A stretch of 64,000 bases of DNA from Dimorphilus gyrociliatus (lineage: Eukaryota; Animalia; Annelida). The notes under the pieces were generated by a model, which saw only the letters and a list, made by a program, of their open reading frames with translations, searched no databases and had not been told where the DNA came from. The stretch lies in contig CAJFCJ010000019.1 in the NCBI GenBank assembly GCA_904063045.1, positions 2,123,700 to 2,187,699 of the forward strand, written 5' to 3'. The first letter of the stretch is position 1. Every line of letters starts with the position of its first letter. The position numbers were made by a program, and so were the translations under genes. This document shows, piece after piece, positions 13,010 through 25,590 of the stretch.

Positions 13010-14314
13010 TTATGCAATACACACTTTGTTTTTGTAACGATCAACCAAAGTATCCAGTTTTCTTGCCTGCAGTAAGCTTCCTTCTACTCCTAACTCTCCA
13101 TTCATATAGGCGTCGAAAGCTGATCCTTCACCGTCTAGCAACTTTTTTAGCGTATTTGATGTTAGTGTAAAAGTAACATCTGGTGATTTAATCGATCCTT
13201 CTCCTATTGAACCTGTACCGTTTTTCAAATCGAGAAAATAATTTAACGTCGTATTCGTATCTTCTTGTGCAATCGAGAAAGAATATATTGCAGATATTTC
13301 TCTCACAAGCTCCTTATCTAAAATATTTCTAATTTTTCCAATAAGGCTATCGATATTTTCTTCTTGTTCGACTTTTTCCGCCGGTTTACTGGATCCAAGA
13401 ACCTGAGTCGGTCTTGTTGCACCCGGGGGCAGCAAGATTGATCCGATTGCTTGAAGGGACGGAGAAATTTGAGATAGAGGATTTTTTGATCCCTCTACAA
13501 CTAGTATATCACCCAATTCAACGCGTTCGACGGTTACCCCCCAATCTTGTGAAAATTTCATAATAGAATTTCGTGTGGCGTTAACAACCTCATTCTTGTT
13601 TGATTCTATGTCCGATAGGTAACGTTGGGAGAGTTCAGAGCAAAGAATAGAATGTGATAGTTCTCGAAGGGAATGATTCAAGTCTTTCACGGATGAAATA
13701 TATTGAACTGGTTGGGATATCCTGTAAAATACATCAGCTCCCACTTGTAGAGCTGCTCCATCTTGAGTAAGAAGTTTCTGGGGTGGAATACTAAATGCTT
13801 TTTGCTGCATTTGAACTCTTGTACATTTATCTAGCCATGGGATACGAAATCTGATACCAGGCTTATAAGTTTTATAATAACGTCCAAGCCGGAAAACTAC
13901 TAAATTTTCATTTTCTCGAACTGTCTGTTAAATAAAGAAGATCAGCATCGGATAACCCTTAATTTTTTTATCATATTAAATTTCTTACCCTCAGAGTGAA
14001 TAAGAGAGAAATAGGCATTGTCACGATGATTATTGCAATTGAGAACACTAATATTATTTTACTGCATATATATAAAATCATTCCATAACTCTTGGACGGT
14101 TCTTCGTCATCTGAAAAGAAGAACGAGTATTGCAAATCAATAGTCATTGTCAGCATTTAATACTACCTGCTACGGGCGTGTTCTGTGACGAGTATTTGAA
14201 TGCCGAAGAGTAATCCATGATAGAAGCATACGAGAATGATGAGTGAAATTGTATTGCACTTTCGTCTTCATCCGCCAAAGGAATTTGTTTATATCGAACA
14301 CTCTTTGAATTCAT
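13010..14314 (-). CDS. STOML1: Stomatin-like protein 1 (TM + SPFH + SCP2 domains), 3 exons
   Basis: N-terminal YKQIPL motif, a TM segment, VVFRLGR, SPFH motif DGAALQVGADVFYRI and a C-terminal SCP2 domain (YFLDLKNGTGS...PDVTF...AYMNGELGVEG). Confidence 0.93.
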
Positions 14315-14739
14315 TGTGAAAGAAAAGATCCAAACGAAATGAAGCCTCAAGTTCTCTTTCTTTATAAGTAGAAACTATTTAAAATCTAACCGTTGAAGAA
14401 TCAAATCAGAAAATAACTAGTTATTGAAAGACATCTTAAAAATTACGGATAAATTTCTTAAATACAGCTAATTTTATCCTAAAGATGTAGTCAAAATATT
14501 AATTATTTCTTCTGTCAACGCCATCTGACGGCAATACAGGAATCAAGGCGTAAAAACAAAATATATATACATTTTTTTCAATAGGTACCAGTTTATATCA
14601 TCTATTGTTTAGCAGAAGATATTTGATTGCACCAGACGATTATTCTTTATGCCTGGTGTTAAACAATTGCTTTTTAGAGAAAACCTTTAATCAAAGAATT
14701 TTTAAAATAAAGAGTTATTCAATTGAGCTAATTAGAACG

Positions 14740-16849
14740 ATGGAAGATGTGTCATTCGAAAGTGGTAGCTTGTATTCTCCCTTGGTTCGTAGAAATTAAT
14801 TAAATCGTCTTAGAACAAAATCTAAGTTTTTGTATGTCACACTTTCGAATCATGTGATTTCTATATTCAGGTTGGAATATTATATGTATTTAATTTGATA
14901 GTTGGAACTGGTGCCTTAGCAATGCCTTTGGCATTTTCTGCGGCAGGATGGCTAATAAGTTTGATACTTATAGTAATTTTGGGACTGATGAGGTTTTCCA
15001 TTATCGTCTGTAAATCGTATTTATGATATTGTTAAAACTTTTTTACTTAGTTACGTGACTGTAACATTCGTTGTTGAAAGTATGGCTTGCGCAAATGCCA
15101 TAATTAAGAATAGAGAAGAGGAGTCAGTTAGTCAAAATTAAATTCTCCTTTCATCGATATTATTACATTTATAGAATAATAATTGTTACATTTGTAGAAT
15201 AGTAAAATTGAATGCACGGATGAGAGAAGTCCACTCCTTCAAGACGGTAGCATCAACGAATCAGAGAATAGCGATAAATTGTATGATATTACAAGAAGGG
15301 TAGAGATGGGGCAGATGGCAAGATTATTTTTTAATAAGCGTATGTAAATATTGTACCAATTTATGGAATATTCTAAGATGTTGACTTCTTGTAGTTGGGC
15401 TCAATTTATTCTATATTTGTTTGGCAATATATTTATACGGAGATTTAGCTATCTACGCCGTTGCAGTTCCAAAATCTCTAAGAGATGTAATTTGGTAAGA
15501 AAAAGAAAATTATATTTATCACTGTCTGATAAAATTATGTATCTTATGCTAAATCCACCAATTGTTCTTATAACTAAAATATATATGTCTATATTGTGTT
15601 CGTTTTATTCTGTTATATTAATCTATTAATAGTATGTCTTTTTTCATTTACATATATACTTGTATGTATATAAAATAGTACATACGAGCCTGGAAATATG
15701 ACAAACAGCTTCCTATCAAATTCTAGTCAAAATGAATCGTGCAGAAATCCCGATGATTACGACCTCTGTTGGGAAAACGTAAAAACTGTAAATAGAGTAA
15801 ACGCTTATAGGATATGTTTGGTAAATTTGGCTCAACTAATCGCTAAGGGAATTCAATCGCGTCTTTTCTACTTTCAGACTATATTCACCATTCTATTGGG
15901 ACCTTTCGTCTTCTTCAATGTGCAAAAAACAAAATATTTACAAATTTTAACGACGGGATTAAGATGGTTTTGTAAGTATTTAAGTATTTAAGATAATGAT
16001 CTTTGTCGATGTTTTTATCCCTCTCGTATTACTAATCAAGATATTTTTTTTTTCACCTCTTCTTCATTCATTCTAGCATTCTGTACTATGATAGTATTAG
16101 CAATAATAAGAATAAGCAAAGGTCATAGTTCAGCTCATCCAGAAATCGTCAAGCTATCGGGAATACCAACTCTATTCGGAGTTTGCGTCTACTCTTTTAT
16201 GTGTCATCATTCACTTCCTTCACTCGTCACGCCCATTCGTAAAAAAGGAAAAATTTACAGTTACTTAGCCGCTGATTACATTCTCATACTTTTCTTCTAC
16301 CTGCTCCTGTCTTTCACCGGTGTTTTTGCCTTCAAAGAGGTTAAAGACTTGTATACATTGAACTTTCTACGTGACCCTTGTCAACGGGATAAAGGCGGCC
16401 CGGAGACGGTTCCCTTCCTCTCTTATTTTCTTGCCCTATTTCCAGTTTTTACTCTCTCATCAAACTTCCCAATAATTTCCATAACCTTACGGAACAATAT
16501 ACGATCCATCTTCAATTTGGATGATTCGACGAGATTTCGATGGTGGTTAAATCGAATATTATTTCCCATAGCGGCTATTTTGCCGCCCATCTGCGTCGCC
16601 TACGGAACTGACAATGTGGAGTTTCTCGTTGGAATAACGGGATCTTATGCCGGAGCGGGAATTCAGTATGTTATTCCCGCCGCGCTCGTCATTTACGCCA
16701 GAAGAAGGACGTGTTATAAATTCGGTACAGTGTTGACAAACAAGTATAAAAGTCCTTTCGGCAGCCGCTACTGGGTGTATTTAGTGTTCGCTTGGGCTGT
16801 TTTATGTATCGTTTTCGTTACAGTTAATCACATTATAACGAGATCTTAG
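14740..16849 (+). CDS. TMEM104: TMEM104 amino-acid-transporter-like membrane protein, multi-exon
   Basis: Motifs LYSPL|VGILYVFNLIVGTGALAMP, VEMGQMA, YLYGDLAIYAVAVP, GVCVYSFMCHHSLPSLVTP, FPVFTLSSNFPIISITLRNN, GSYAGAGIQYVIPA. Confidence 0.95.
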
Positions 16850-16920
16850 TTGCTTCATCTTTCTTATAATTTTGTTTTTTTTTGTTTATCTTAATTTCTT
16901 TTCCATCCCTTAACGAGTTG

Positions 16921-17740
16921 GAAACACGCGAAATTTGTCCCATTACGATCGTTCCTAGAAAAAGCAAAGCATTACATTTAAAGAAAATTCTTGCGTCACA
17001 TCAGCCATCTGCCGGCCGTTATACGATCCGAGTAACGTCGGATCGAATAGAGAATTAACAAGTTAAAAACAATCCGCCAACATCAGAGGAGAGTGAAAGA
17101 GAAAATTCTCGCCCTTCTAGCGGTTGAACAAAGCGTCAATGACAATCTGTCTTCTGCCTCACGCTGTTCTAATTCGACGCCCGATCGACGCTCACCAGAA
17201 CGCCATATGTCACGGAAATGTTTCGGGCAGCCGATGTGGTACACCTGCCCTTAAAATGAGTTTGTAATTTTACAAGGCACGCGCCGAAATCAGGATCGGA
17301 TTTCTGGCGGGACGTTGGGGGGCGTGTGCACAACTGAGAGTAATATCGTTGTACATTTCCCCCTATCTTTATATCCTTTGCCACGCTCCCCTATGCACTC
17401 TTTCTTAACTCCATCTCGCATGCAGTCTTTTTTTAAATGGCCGATGTCGGATTAGGCCACAATCGATCGGTTTTTTTTTTCGGCTTCCGTCGGTCAATAA
17501 GTGTGTAGGGGTTAGTAGAAAAGAGGGAGGGGGGGGTCTTAACGGCGCGCATATGCGACGCTTGACATGTCAAAGATGGCTATTGTGTCGCTTTCATTCG
17601 GATTTTTTGGCGCGAACTAAAATTCGACAGATGGTCCGAATTTGCGGACGCGTTTAACGCGTGCAACAATAGAAATAGACGGGGGTAGTGAAAAAAAACA
17701 TGAAACACAATTCCCGAACTTTATCAAACGAAGGCACGCG
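16921..17740. promoter_or_regulatory. Candidate neural cis-regulatory module upstream of PRDM8 (Hes class-C sites plus proneural E-boxes)
   Basis: CACGCG at 16925, 17278 (within GGCACGCGCC 17276-17285), 17658-17664 (minus strand) and 17733-17740. E-boxes: CATCTG 17006, CATATG 17204 and 17550, CACCTG 17242, CAGATG 17628. Palindrome TTGACATGTCAA at 17562-17573. The DNA is visibly CpG-richer than its flanks. Confidence 0.5.
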
Positions 17741-18175
17741 TATACGATAAGTCATTGCAGTAGTCCCGCTCGTCGATCGATCGGGTGCTGCCCGTAAAAA
17801 ATATATAGAGGGTGTATGAAGGGACGAGGAAAGAAGGCTAGGGAGGGACGGATAGAGAATAGAAACAGGGGGTAAAATCGAATGAGGCGGGGGAGCGGGA
17901 GATGAGTTAAGACATAGAGAGATAGCTGGGGAGAGTTTAGGGAAAAAATATTTTACAATCTTAGCGCGTCGCCTCATCAGCCCTCGAGCTAGGGGCGAAA
18001 GCGGCGTCGAATTAGAAGCGAAGCGTCTAGAAAAGCCTATAGTCGCCGATCACTATGCGTCTCCCAGCCAATCACCGCCCTCCTCCCTTTTTTCGAACAT
18101 ATTTCCGAACGGCGGCGCGATCCGCTCGCATGCATAATCGATCAGAACTTGGGCAGACGACGACGTTTCCGCAAG

Positions 18176-19573
18176 ATGGGCGTCTTTACGAACGCTTCCA
18201 TTCCGCTCGGTCGCTTGTATGGACCGATACCAACGTCGATCATGCTCACGGATCCTGCTTCCCTTATCGGTCATATGACAATGGATAGACGTCTAAATAT
18301 TCACACTGTAACAGTAGGTATTCTTTTAACTCTTAGTCATATCCATAGTGAAACTTCATCCCTAAATATACATATTGAATTATAGTATACCACTTTAGTT
18401 TCATAGAAATATTCATTATATAAATAAATATGTATAAAGTAGTTATTTCTATGGAAACTACTCTATTAACATCATTTTCTTATCAACATCATTACTTAAA
18501 TAGTTCAGTATTGTGAAAGAGAAAAACGAGAGTACGTATGTAAACAAACCTAATACAGACGCTTAAAAAATATATACAAGGGATATAACCGCTTATTCAC
18601 GTCTGTGCGTTTAGAGCTACATACTTTTTTTTATATGTTTATATTTATATACAGGATATAACGGACTCTCACTAGACGCTACAATACGTATTATAGAATG
18701 TGTAATATTCTTTTTATAGACATTTGAATATTATGTAGTAAAAATAATTAACATATACTATAAAAAGGCAATTTTCAGCTTAATATCGACGAATTTGCCG
18801 AAGGCGTTCAGGCTATCGAATGGGTTCCCTATGTGCAGGCAGCTAGGGATGATAAAGAGCAAAATATGGAGGCATATGTGAAGAATAACTCATTATATTT
18901 TAGAACTATTAAAAGGATTGAAGCAAATGACGAATTGTTAGTGTGGTTTAGTGAGGAATACGCCAAACAATTAAATATTCCGAAAATAGAAGAAGGCTCA
19001 CGTCTGGAGTGTGCGCTCTGTTCGAGCAAGTTCGAGTACCCTTATTCCTACCGATCGCACGTCAAATTTAAGTGTCAGGCTTCGGCGAAGAAAAAGAACG
19101 TTGTTCCCCCGGCATCTCCTTCTCCACCGAATAACGCCGTCACTCCTAAGCCGCCTTTAGCACCTTCAAATGCGACACCCATACTACCGGCCACGTTACC
19201 AATGCAGACGCCCATGGGTGTTGAGAACACTCAAATCTTACATGCTGTTAGTGGAATGCTAAAAACTAACAATCCTATGGTAGAAAAGATCCTCTCATGC
19301 GCCTCTTTACCACCTGCTCCAGCGCCATCTGCCGCCGTATCTATGCAAACGCCGCTCAATCAGAATTGGTGCGCTAAGTGTAACGCCACATTCCGTATGA
19401 CGTCCGACTTGGTCTATCATATGCGAACGCATCACAAACGAGAAACCAGGTCACCCGTCTCATCTGCCGCGGCTCAACGAATTCGCCGCGAAGAGAAATT
19501 GCATTGTTCGATTTGTGGTGAAGGATTTCGCGAACGTCATCATCTTACCAGACATATGACGTCACATATTTGA
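18176..19573 (+). CDS. PRDM8: PRDM8 PR/SET-domain zinc-finger transcription factor, 2 exons
   Basis: Exons 18176-18313 and 18779-19573 join in frame. PR domain VQAARDDKEQNMEAYVKNNSLYFRTIKRIEANDELLVWF. The C-terminal QNWCAKCNATFRMTSDLVYHMRTHH...REEKLHCSICGEGFRERHHLTRHMTSH is PRDM8-diagnostic. Confidence 0.93.
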
Positions 19574-20567
19574 CGTTTGTCCGTCTCCTTCCTTTTCAAT
19601 TAGATTAGGTCGCTCGAGTATTATATATATATATATGCATCTTTCATATATACAATACAGTGTTTGTATGTATGTATAATATATTTTTTTTGTATGTGTT
19701 TTCGGTTTAATGTACATAGATTTAAAAAATATAAAAAAAACAATTTCCGAATACACCAGCAAAAAGACAGCAATAGACCTCTTTATTTTAATCCAGTAAT
19801 CAAAAGCACAACTCTAGAAAAATTTTGTTCAAGTCTGCAAAACAAATTGAAACACGGACAGAAAAAACATCGCCCAGTTTTTATATATGTATAATACGAC
19901 AAAAATTGCAATAAAAACATCACTAAAAAACAAAGAAAAAAATCACACTGCTAAAAACACCAGTATTGATTAGGAAGAGTCCGTATAATTAGTATTTAGT
20001 GTAGACATATAAAATGATACAGCAAAATCTACGCCTGGCAGTAGCAAAAATCAGTACAAAAAACCGCTAGAATAATTAGGAAAATTTGCAACAAACACCG
20101 CGGTGATGAAAAAATTGAATTTCAACCACTAACAACGTCTGCATGATTACGCAATGGCCGTAGGTGGTCTGACACATGTTTTAATAATTTTTCCGTTTTT
20201 TTGTTTTTTTTTTACATTTTTGTTACATAGTCTTTTAGGTTAAAAAGTTACAAAACATATTGCACGAGACAATCTACGGCCTATGTATGTGTATATAAAT
20301 ATAGTAAACTAACAACAACCCAACAACGGATCAGGTGTGCGGCAAAAATTGCAAACAAGTAAACAGACTGCAGGTAAAAGTTAACACACATCAATTGTTT
20401 GTGTTCCACTACGCCCAATTAAAAAACACACCCACAAATTTCTGTACAATAAAAAATAAAAAAACAACACAACCATTTTTTTTTTGTTTAAAAAAGCGTT
20501 TGAAATTGCACGACACTCTAAAAAAGCTGCCTAATCATAAGAAAAACAGAGAAAGCGGCGGGAAAGA

Positions 20568-22346
20568 CTAGCGAAATCGCCTCCAATCGTGCGCCTGTTG
20601 AACGTCGACGGCCGGCGTCTGCACGTGAGCGTGCACGAAAGCTTCGAAATGCTGTGAAAGAGGATCAACATCTACTCGTGGTCTCCTACTGTCTCTCCCA
20701 GACTCGACAGCTTCGTCCAACTTCTCTTGTAGATGTTCAACGCTTAGCCACTTTTCATCATCAGCAGAGCGAGACAGTGGCTCAGCAGCGAGGGGTTCTG
20801 GATCTAATTGACATTGCGTACATAAACCTGATCTACAATCTTCGCACAGAGCGACATGGTATATTTTCTGTCCGCGCTCAAGCATACGCATAGACAATGC
20901 TTCGGAAGCCGAAGCTCTGTCTGATGCCTGCCATACCAGTAAGCGCGAAAGAAGTTGTAAAATATCAGCTGGAACGGGAAGTGAAGAAAAGGACGGTAAA
21001 GTTGTCGGCTGTTGAGAAAGTACATAGGCTCTGGCTTCCGGACACGCTTGAGCCAGAGCTGAAGCAGTTGGTAAACCTAAGACTCTTACTACACTCTCTA
21101 GCATAGCCGGAACGGTTGAAGCGTGAAAGAGAACATGTCCTATAGCCAACTCGGCTATTATACAGCCTACCGACCACAAGTCGATAGCTGGTCCATAATT
21201 TCTGGATCCCATAAGAACCTCTGGTGCACGATAATATATAGTAACGACCTCTTGTGTCAGATGATTGGAATTTGAGCCATCCGTTATTCGTGCTAAACCA
21301 AGATCTGCAACTTTCAAATGACCAGTTCGAGAAAGCAGAAGGTTGGCCGGCTTCAAATCCCTATGAATTACCCCAGCCGAGTGTAGGTACTTAACGGCTC
21401 GGAGTAATTGATAGGTTAATGTACAAAGTTGAGCGTCAGTTAGTGTATGTCCAACAATATTTGAAGCATCTCCATGCATTAATTCGGTTAGCACACATAT
21501 ATACTTAGGTGCTGGCCTAAGAACATCAATTGCTCCTAGAATATTATCATGTTTCAATTCTAGAAGGAGCCGGATTTCTCTTAATGCTCTAACAGCCAGT
21601 GCTCGATGCTCTAGAACATGTGTCATCCGCTTTAAAGCCATCTTTCTACCTGTAACCGGATCGTGTACTCTCCAAACAACGCCAAATGCTCCACATCCTA
21701 TTTGACGATCATGATCTGAACGACAATGTTGGCACGAAACAGTTCTATTTAATTGAGCGTCTACAGCCGTCCATGTGGAATTCCAGGACGTTTTTAGTAA
21801 TCTCTCTAAATCATCGTCAACGTTGGTACGTTGGCGAGCAATATTTCTCTTTGACTGTTCAGACTCCAGAGATAACTCGGAAATTCGGAGAACATCCGAA
21901 GCCATTAATTTTAATAAATTTGGAGATCGTTTGGTTGCTGTATGACACGGGGAACGACGTTCATCTTTACGATCACCATCGCCTACCCGACGTGTAACAA
22001 CAAGAGGTAGGCCAACATATGGTAGATGTTGAGGTTGGCACTGAACAAATGGGACGCTGGTGACATATGGTTGAATAAGTTGTACAGGTCGAGCGTCTCG
22101 CTCTGTAGTCCAAGCTAAGACGGGAGGCGGAGGACGGATGGTTATCGGTCGAGCTTGCGATGAACAAGTCGAAAGCGGGAGATACGTTGATCTAATAGGC
22201 GTAACATGTCGCAGTAATGGAATATAGGGGACAGTTGGTAAAGCTCCGCTCGTCATTGCTGGTGCACGTTGGATTACGTACTGAATTTGGGCTGTGTCGA
22301 ATGGCGGGATATGAGCAAAGACACTCCCATGAGGTGCGACAGCCAT
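20568..22346 (-). CDS. Divergent intronless Nemo-like kinase (NLK) paralogue, 592 aa
   Basis: DRQIGCGAFGVVWRVHDP, ALKR, HRDLKPAN, activation loop HLTQEVVTIYYRAPEVLMGS (the NLK TQE signature) and an NLK-like Cys-rich C-terminal tail. It has DLG in place of DFG, and the ORF is uninterrupted. Confidence 0.88.
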   Translation of the reverse strand: MAVAPHGSVFAHIPPFDTAQIQYVIQRAPAMTSGALPTVPYIPLLRHVTPIRSTYLPLSTCSSQARPITIRPPPPVLAWTTERDARPVQLIQPYVTSVPFVQCQPQHLPYVGLPLVVTRRVGDGDRKDERRSPCHTATKRSPNLLKLMASDVLRISELSLESEQSKRNIARQRTNVDDDLERLLKTSWNSTWTAVDAQLNRTVSCQHCRSDHDRQIGCGAFGVVWRVHDPVTGRKMALKRMTHVLEHRALAVRALREIRLLLELKHDNILGAIDVLRPAPKYICVLTELMHGDASNIVGHTLTDAQLCTLTYQLLRAVKYLHSAGVIHRDLKPANLLLSRTGHLKVADLGLARITDGSNSNHLTQEVVTIYYRAPEVLMGSRNYGPAIDLWSVGCIIAELAIGHVLFHASTVPAMLESVVRVLGLPTASALAQACPEARAYVLSQQPTTLPSFSSLPVPADILQLLSRLLVWQASDRASASEALSMRMLERGQKIYHVALCEDCRSGLCTQCQLDPEPLAAEPLSRSADDEKWLSVEHLQEKLDEAVESGRDSRRPRVDVDPLSQHFEAFVHAHVQTPAVDVQQAHDWRRFR

Positions 22347-23188
22347 TGTTTTGATCCGTAGTTTTTATACCTGAAACCAAAAGTAAATACCATTGTGTTT
22401 GATAAGCTGCGCCTAACGCCCACATTAATCGCAATCAACCTCATGATTATGTCTAGTTAATATAAAATTAATTAAGTGAAATATTTTGTAAAATTTATCT
22501 TCGATAAAAAGTTCTAAATAGCGTAAATTAAAATTAACATCGAATTTCGAAACAAAGCATTCATTCCATTTGCAAAATATCGCCCAAGGTGAACAATTCC
22601 TACAACGTAGTTGACTTACCCAACGAGAAACGATCCATAAAATATCTCCGGAGAGAGCCATGCAGTTAAAAGGTAATGTTTTTGATGTTTCTAGATACCT
22701 ATTTGCAGTAAAGAGGCTCGGGTCGTTAGATATATTTGACGTCTCCATTGGTAACTTCGTTTCCTGTCACGGTTATTTTGCGAATTCTTTCGCAAGTGAA
22801 AACTGGTTAGATGTGTCATGTGACCATTAACATGCGTAGTTAGCTAAAACACTACATCTTTTTATAATAAACTTTTAAATAGAATAATATGTTGTTAGAT
22901 AAATTTCATACAAGTACATAAAAAATTTCAGTCAAATGTGATAGAATTTCACAATATGTTTTTTCTCTGTTATCTTATTTAAAAAACGCAGCTTTAAGTT
23001 TCACAAGCTAATAACACAACACAAATATAGGATTGGTCGGTAACTGATTAAACTTGAATCCAATGCATAGATTGCTAAAGGCACTTAAATATACAAAAGA
23101 GCTTTCCGCCGAAATTTTGAAAATAATTAAATTTTCTTACAACTTGCGGGAGGAAAACAAAAAAAATTGTACTAAACATATAGAACCG

Positions 23189-24608
23189 TTAATATATTTT
23201 ATTGTCCGGATGTTTTTCATTGTTTCTGATATCTCTTTCAATCCAAGTTCTCCAAAGTGATCTAACAAAGTCGGTTACGGTGATTGTATTCGTATTACTT
23301 CCTATTAGACGTAATATAAATATTCCATCTGATTTCAAGTAGTCTTTAACGAATTTGTTCAAATCTTCCGATTGCTCATTGGCAGTTTGATATAAGCCAG
23401 CTAATTTTAAATGTTTACGGACATACCTCATATCATCTACCTTTGATATGCTCCTTAAGCTCCATTTTATGAGTGAAACACCCTGAATGAATATAAGCAC
23501 GATAATCCACCACCAAATGAATAAAAATAACTTTTCGTTAAACAGGTTGATTGGTAATACACATTGAACTGTGTAACGATGGATATTGCCTAAACGTCTA
23601 ACGTCTAAATCGCACATAGTAACCCTGGGAAATCTGTGAGAATCCGTCCAATCTCTACCAGCGGATAGTTCCATTAGGACTTGGAAGCCGTACATATGGA
23701 AATTAGAGCCCATAAAGTAGTTGAGAGAGACCAATACAGTAATAGCACTAGCTATATATAAGAATTTAGTCATTATGTATAGTGATATTAAATAAGTTCC
23801 TTTTTTACGGCCGCAGCAAATGCACAGTAGCGACAAGAAGTTTTTTAAAGATATTGTCACTCTACGGCTTAAATGCTCTTGGGCGAAAAGATACCGATTC
23901 ATTTGGTCAGTCATATGTTTAAGAGTCTTGTCTCTGTTGGGTATTTTCTCGGTATTCTGAAAGGTTTCTGCTGAATCGATTAACGACTTTATGTCTATAC
24001 CAGATTTATTATTCAAACTCCTCCAAACTAGACTTGCTTCAATACAAAGAGAGCTTTGTTCAAAAAATATATTTTCTTGAAAAAGTATATAACTTACGTA
24101 AATAGAAGAAAAGTGCCATGACAAGGAAGATGATGGGGACCCATTGATAATATGGTATCATTTCCCTTTTTTCACCAACCTTAGGAATATGTTCTTCAAA
24201 GGGTAGAAAATAAGTATTCTTAATCCAACAATAACTATTCGTATATTCTTCCCATCCGCCACTGAAGTGAGCGGGTACCCAACAAGTGATAGGATCGCCC
24301 ACAAACTTGAAAAATATATATAATTTCTTATATAGTAACTTTTTAAGGAGCCAAATTATTAATTAAATAAACTTTAATATAAAATATAACTATATTTTAT
24401 TGTAATAGAAATTGAAAAACTACTCAAATGTTGACTAAAAATTTTGTCTAGTTTAAAAGATATTAAATACCTGTTTTGCCGATACAACAAGCGCAAAAAC
24501 TATTAGTTTGGCAGTCATAAAGCGATGTGACAGACGATCAGCACTTGTATCATCTTTTCTTGTCTTCGATATTGGTATAGATCCTACCACGCCAATTATC
24601 TTATCCAT
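23189..24608 (-). CDS. Innexin (gap-junction protein), 3 coding exons
   Basis: MDKIIGVVG...DDTSADRLSHR...KQ|FVGDPITCWVPAHF...YCW...YYQWVP...|PSLVWRSL...FPRVTMCD...QCVLPINLFNEKLFLFIWWW. Four TM segments and paired extracellular Cys residues. Confidence 0.96.
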
Positions 24609-25290
24609 GCCGTTTTAGTTGGGATGATTTCTTTTTTAAATAAATTAACAACTTAAACGCTTTCTAACTAGGAATAAAAGTATTTAATTCAATGGTAATG
24701 AATACTTTAAAGAAACTTACTTTGGAAAAACTTCTATTACTTGAAAATTTTAATCAAATAAATGATAAAAAAAAGTAAGAAGAGTCGCAATTACCCAGCG
24801 TGCAGTACTCTCAATAAAAAAATTGAGACATGTCTGGAGGTGAGGGTAGGTGGGAGGGTTAATAGATAGAATGTACTCCGTAACCAGATTTTGATGCAAA
24901 AAGCAATAAAGTCTGTGACCTCTTATTACGCTGTGTGACTTTTCAATCAACTCCTAATGATTAATAATAGTATTAATATTCTATGTAAATTATTCAAAAA
25001 TAAGGAAACTTCATCCTAAAAAGATATTAATATTTGCATAAAAGTATTGATTAATAGTACAAGTTTTCTTTTTTTTTTTATACTCAATACATTGGTATGG
25101 ATGCCACAAAAAGTCCTATCCAGTAAAATATAGCTATATTATTTACTTTTTAAAGCCAGATTCTGCTAATGTAAATTCTCTTCTCAATACTTTTACCTAC
25201 TAAATACACAAAACTGATTTATTTGACGCATATCATTATATTATTTTTTAAATATATTGTATTATATATATATATATACTGTATAAATTA

Positions 25291-25295
25291 TAAAA

Positions 25296-25325
<30 letters not shown>
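25291..25325. repeat. (TA)n microsatellite
   Basis: Long alternating TA run in intergenic DNA. Confidence 0.85.
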
Positions 25326-25329
<4 letters not shown>

Positions 25330-25532
25330 GGGAAAAACCAATAATTCTACTCTCTTTATCATTCTCTTTACATCTTTTAGGATGATATACTTAATCTAAT
25401 ATTTTTCTTATAGTACAATACTTTGTAGAATTTATAGAATAAAGATTTTTCTTAAACACATATTTATATACTTTAAGAAAAAAAATAATTACTTTTCACA
25501 TATATATATAGAATTTACTTTGAAAATTCTTT

Positions 25533-25590
25533 CTCCTCCTCCTCCTCCTCCTCCTCTTCCTCTTGCTTTTGCTCTTCCTCTTCCTCCTTG
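25533..25590. repeat. (TCC)n/pyrimidine-rich simple repeat
   Basis: ctcctcctcctcctcctcctcctcttcctc... tract. Confidence 0.8.

Noticed and set aside
17274-17740. Two AAGGCACGCG matches resembling miR-124
   Set aside because: Only 10 nt match and there is no precursor hairpin. A Hes class-C site explains them better.
17169-18288. ORFs 17169-17384, 17654-17977, 18053-18274 and 18055-18288
   Set aside because: No recognisable domains. These are chance ORFs in the GC-richer PRDM8 promoter/5' region.
20654-22167. Short ORFs overlapping the NLK-like gene
   Set aside because: Antisense or alternative-frame shadows of a GC-richer CDS.
20568-22346. Horizontal transfer or contamination as the origin of the GC-richer intronless kinase
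   Set aside because: The TQE loop and Cys-rich tail are animal NLK features, and the flanks are continuous host-like DNA.
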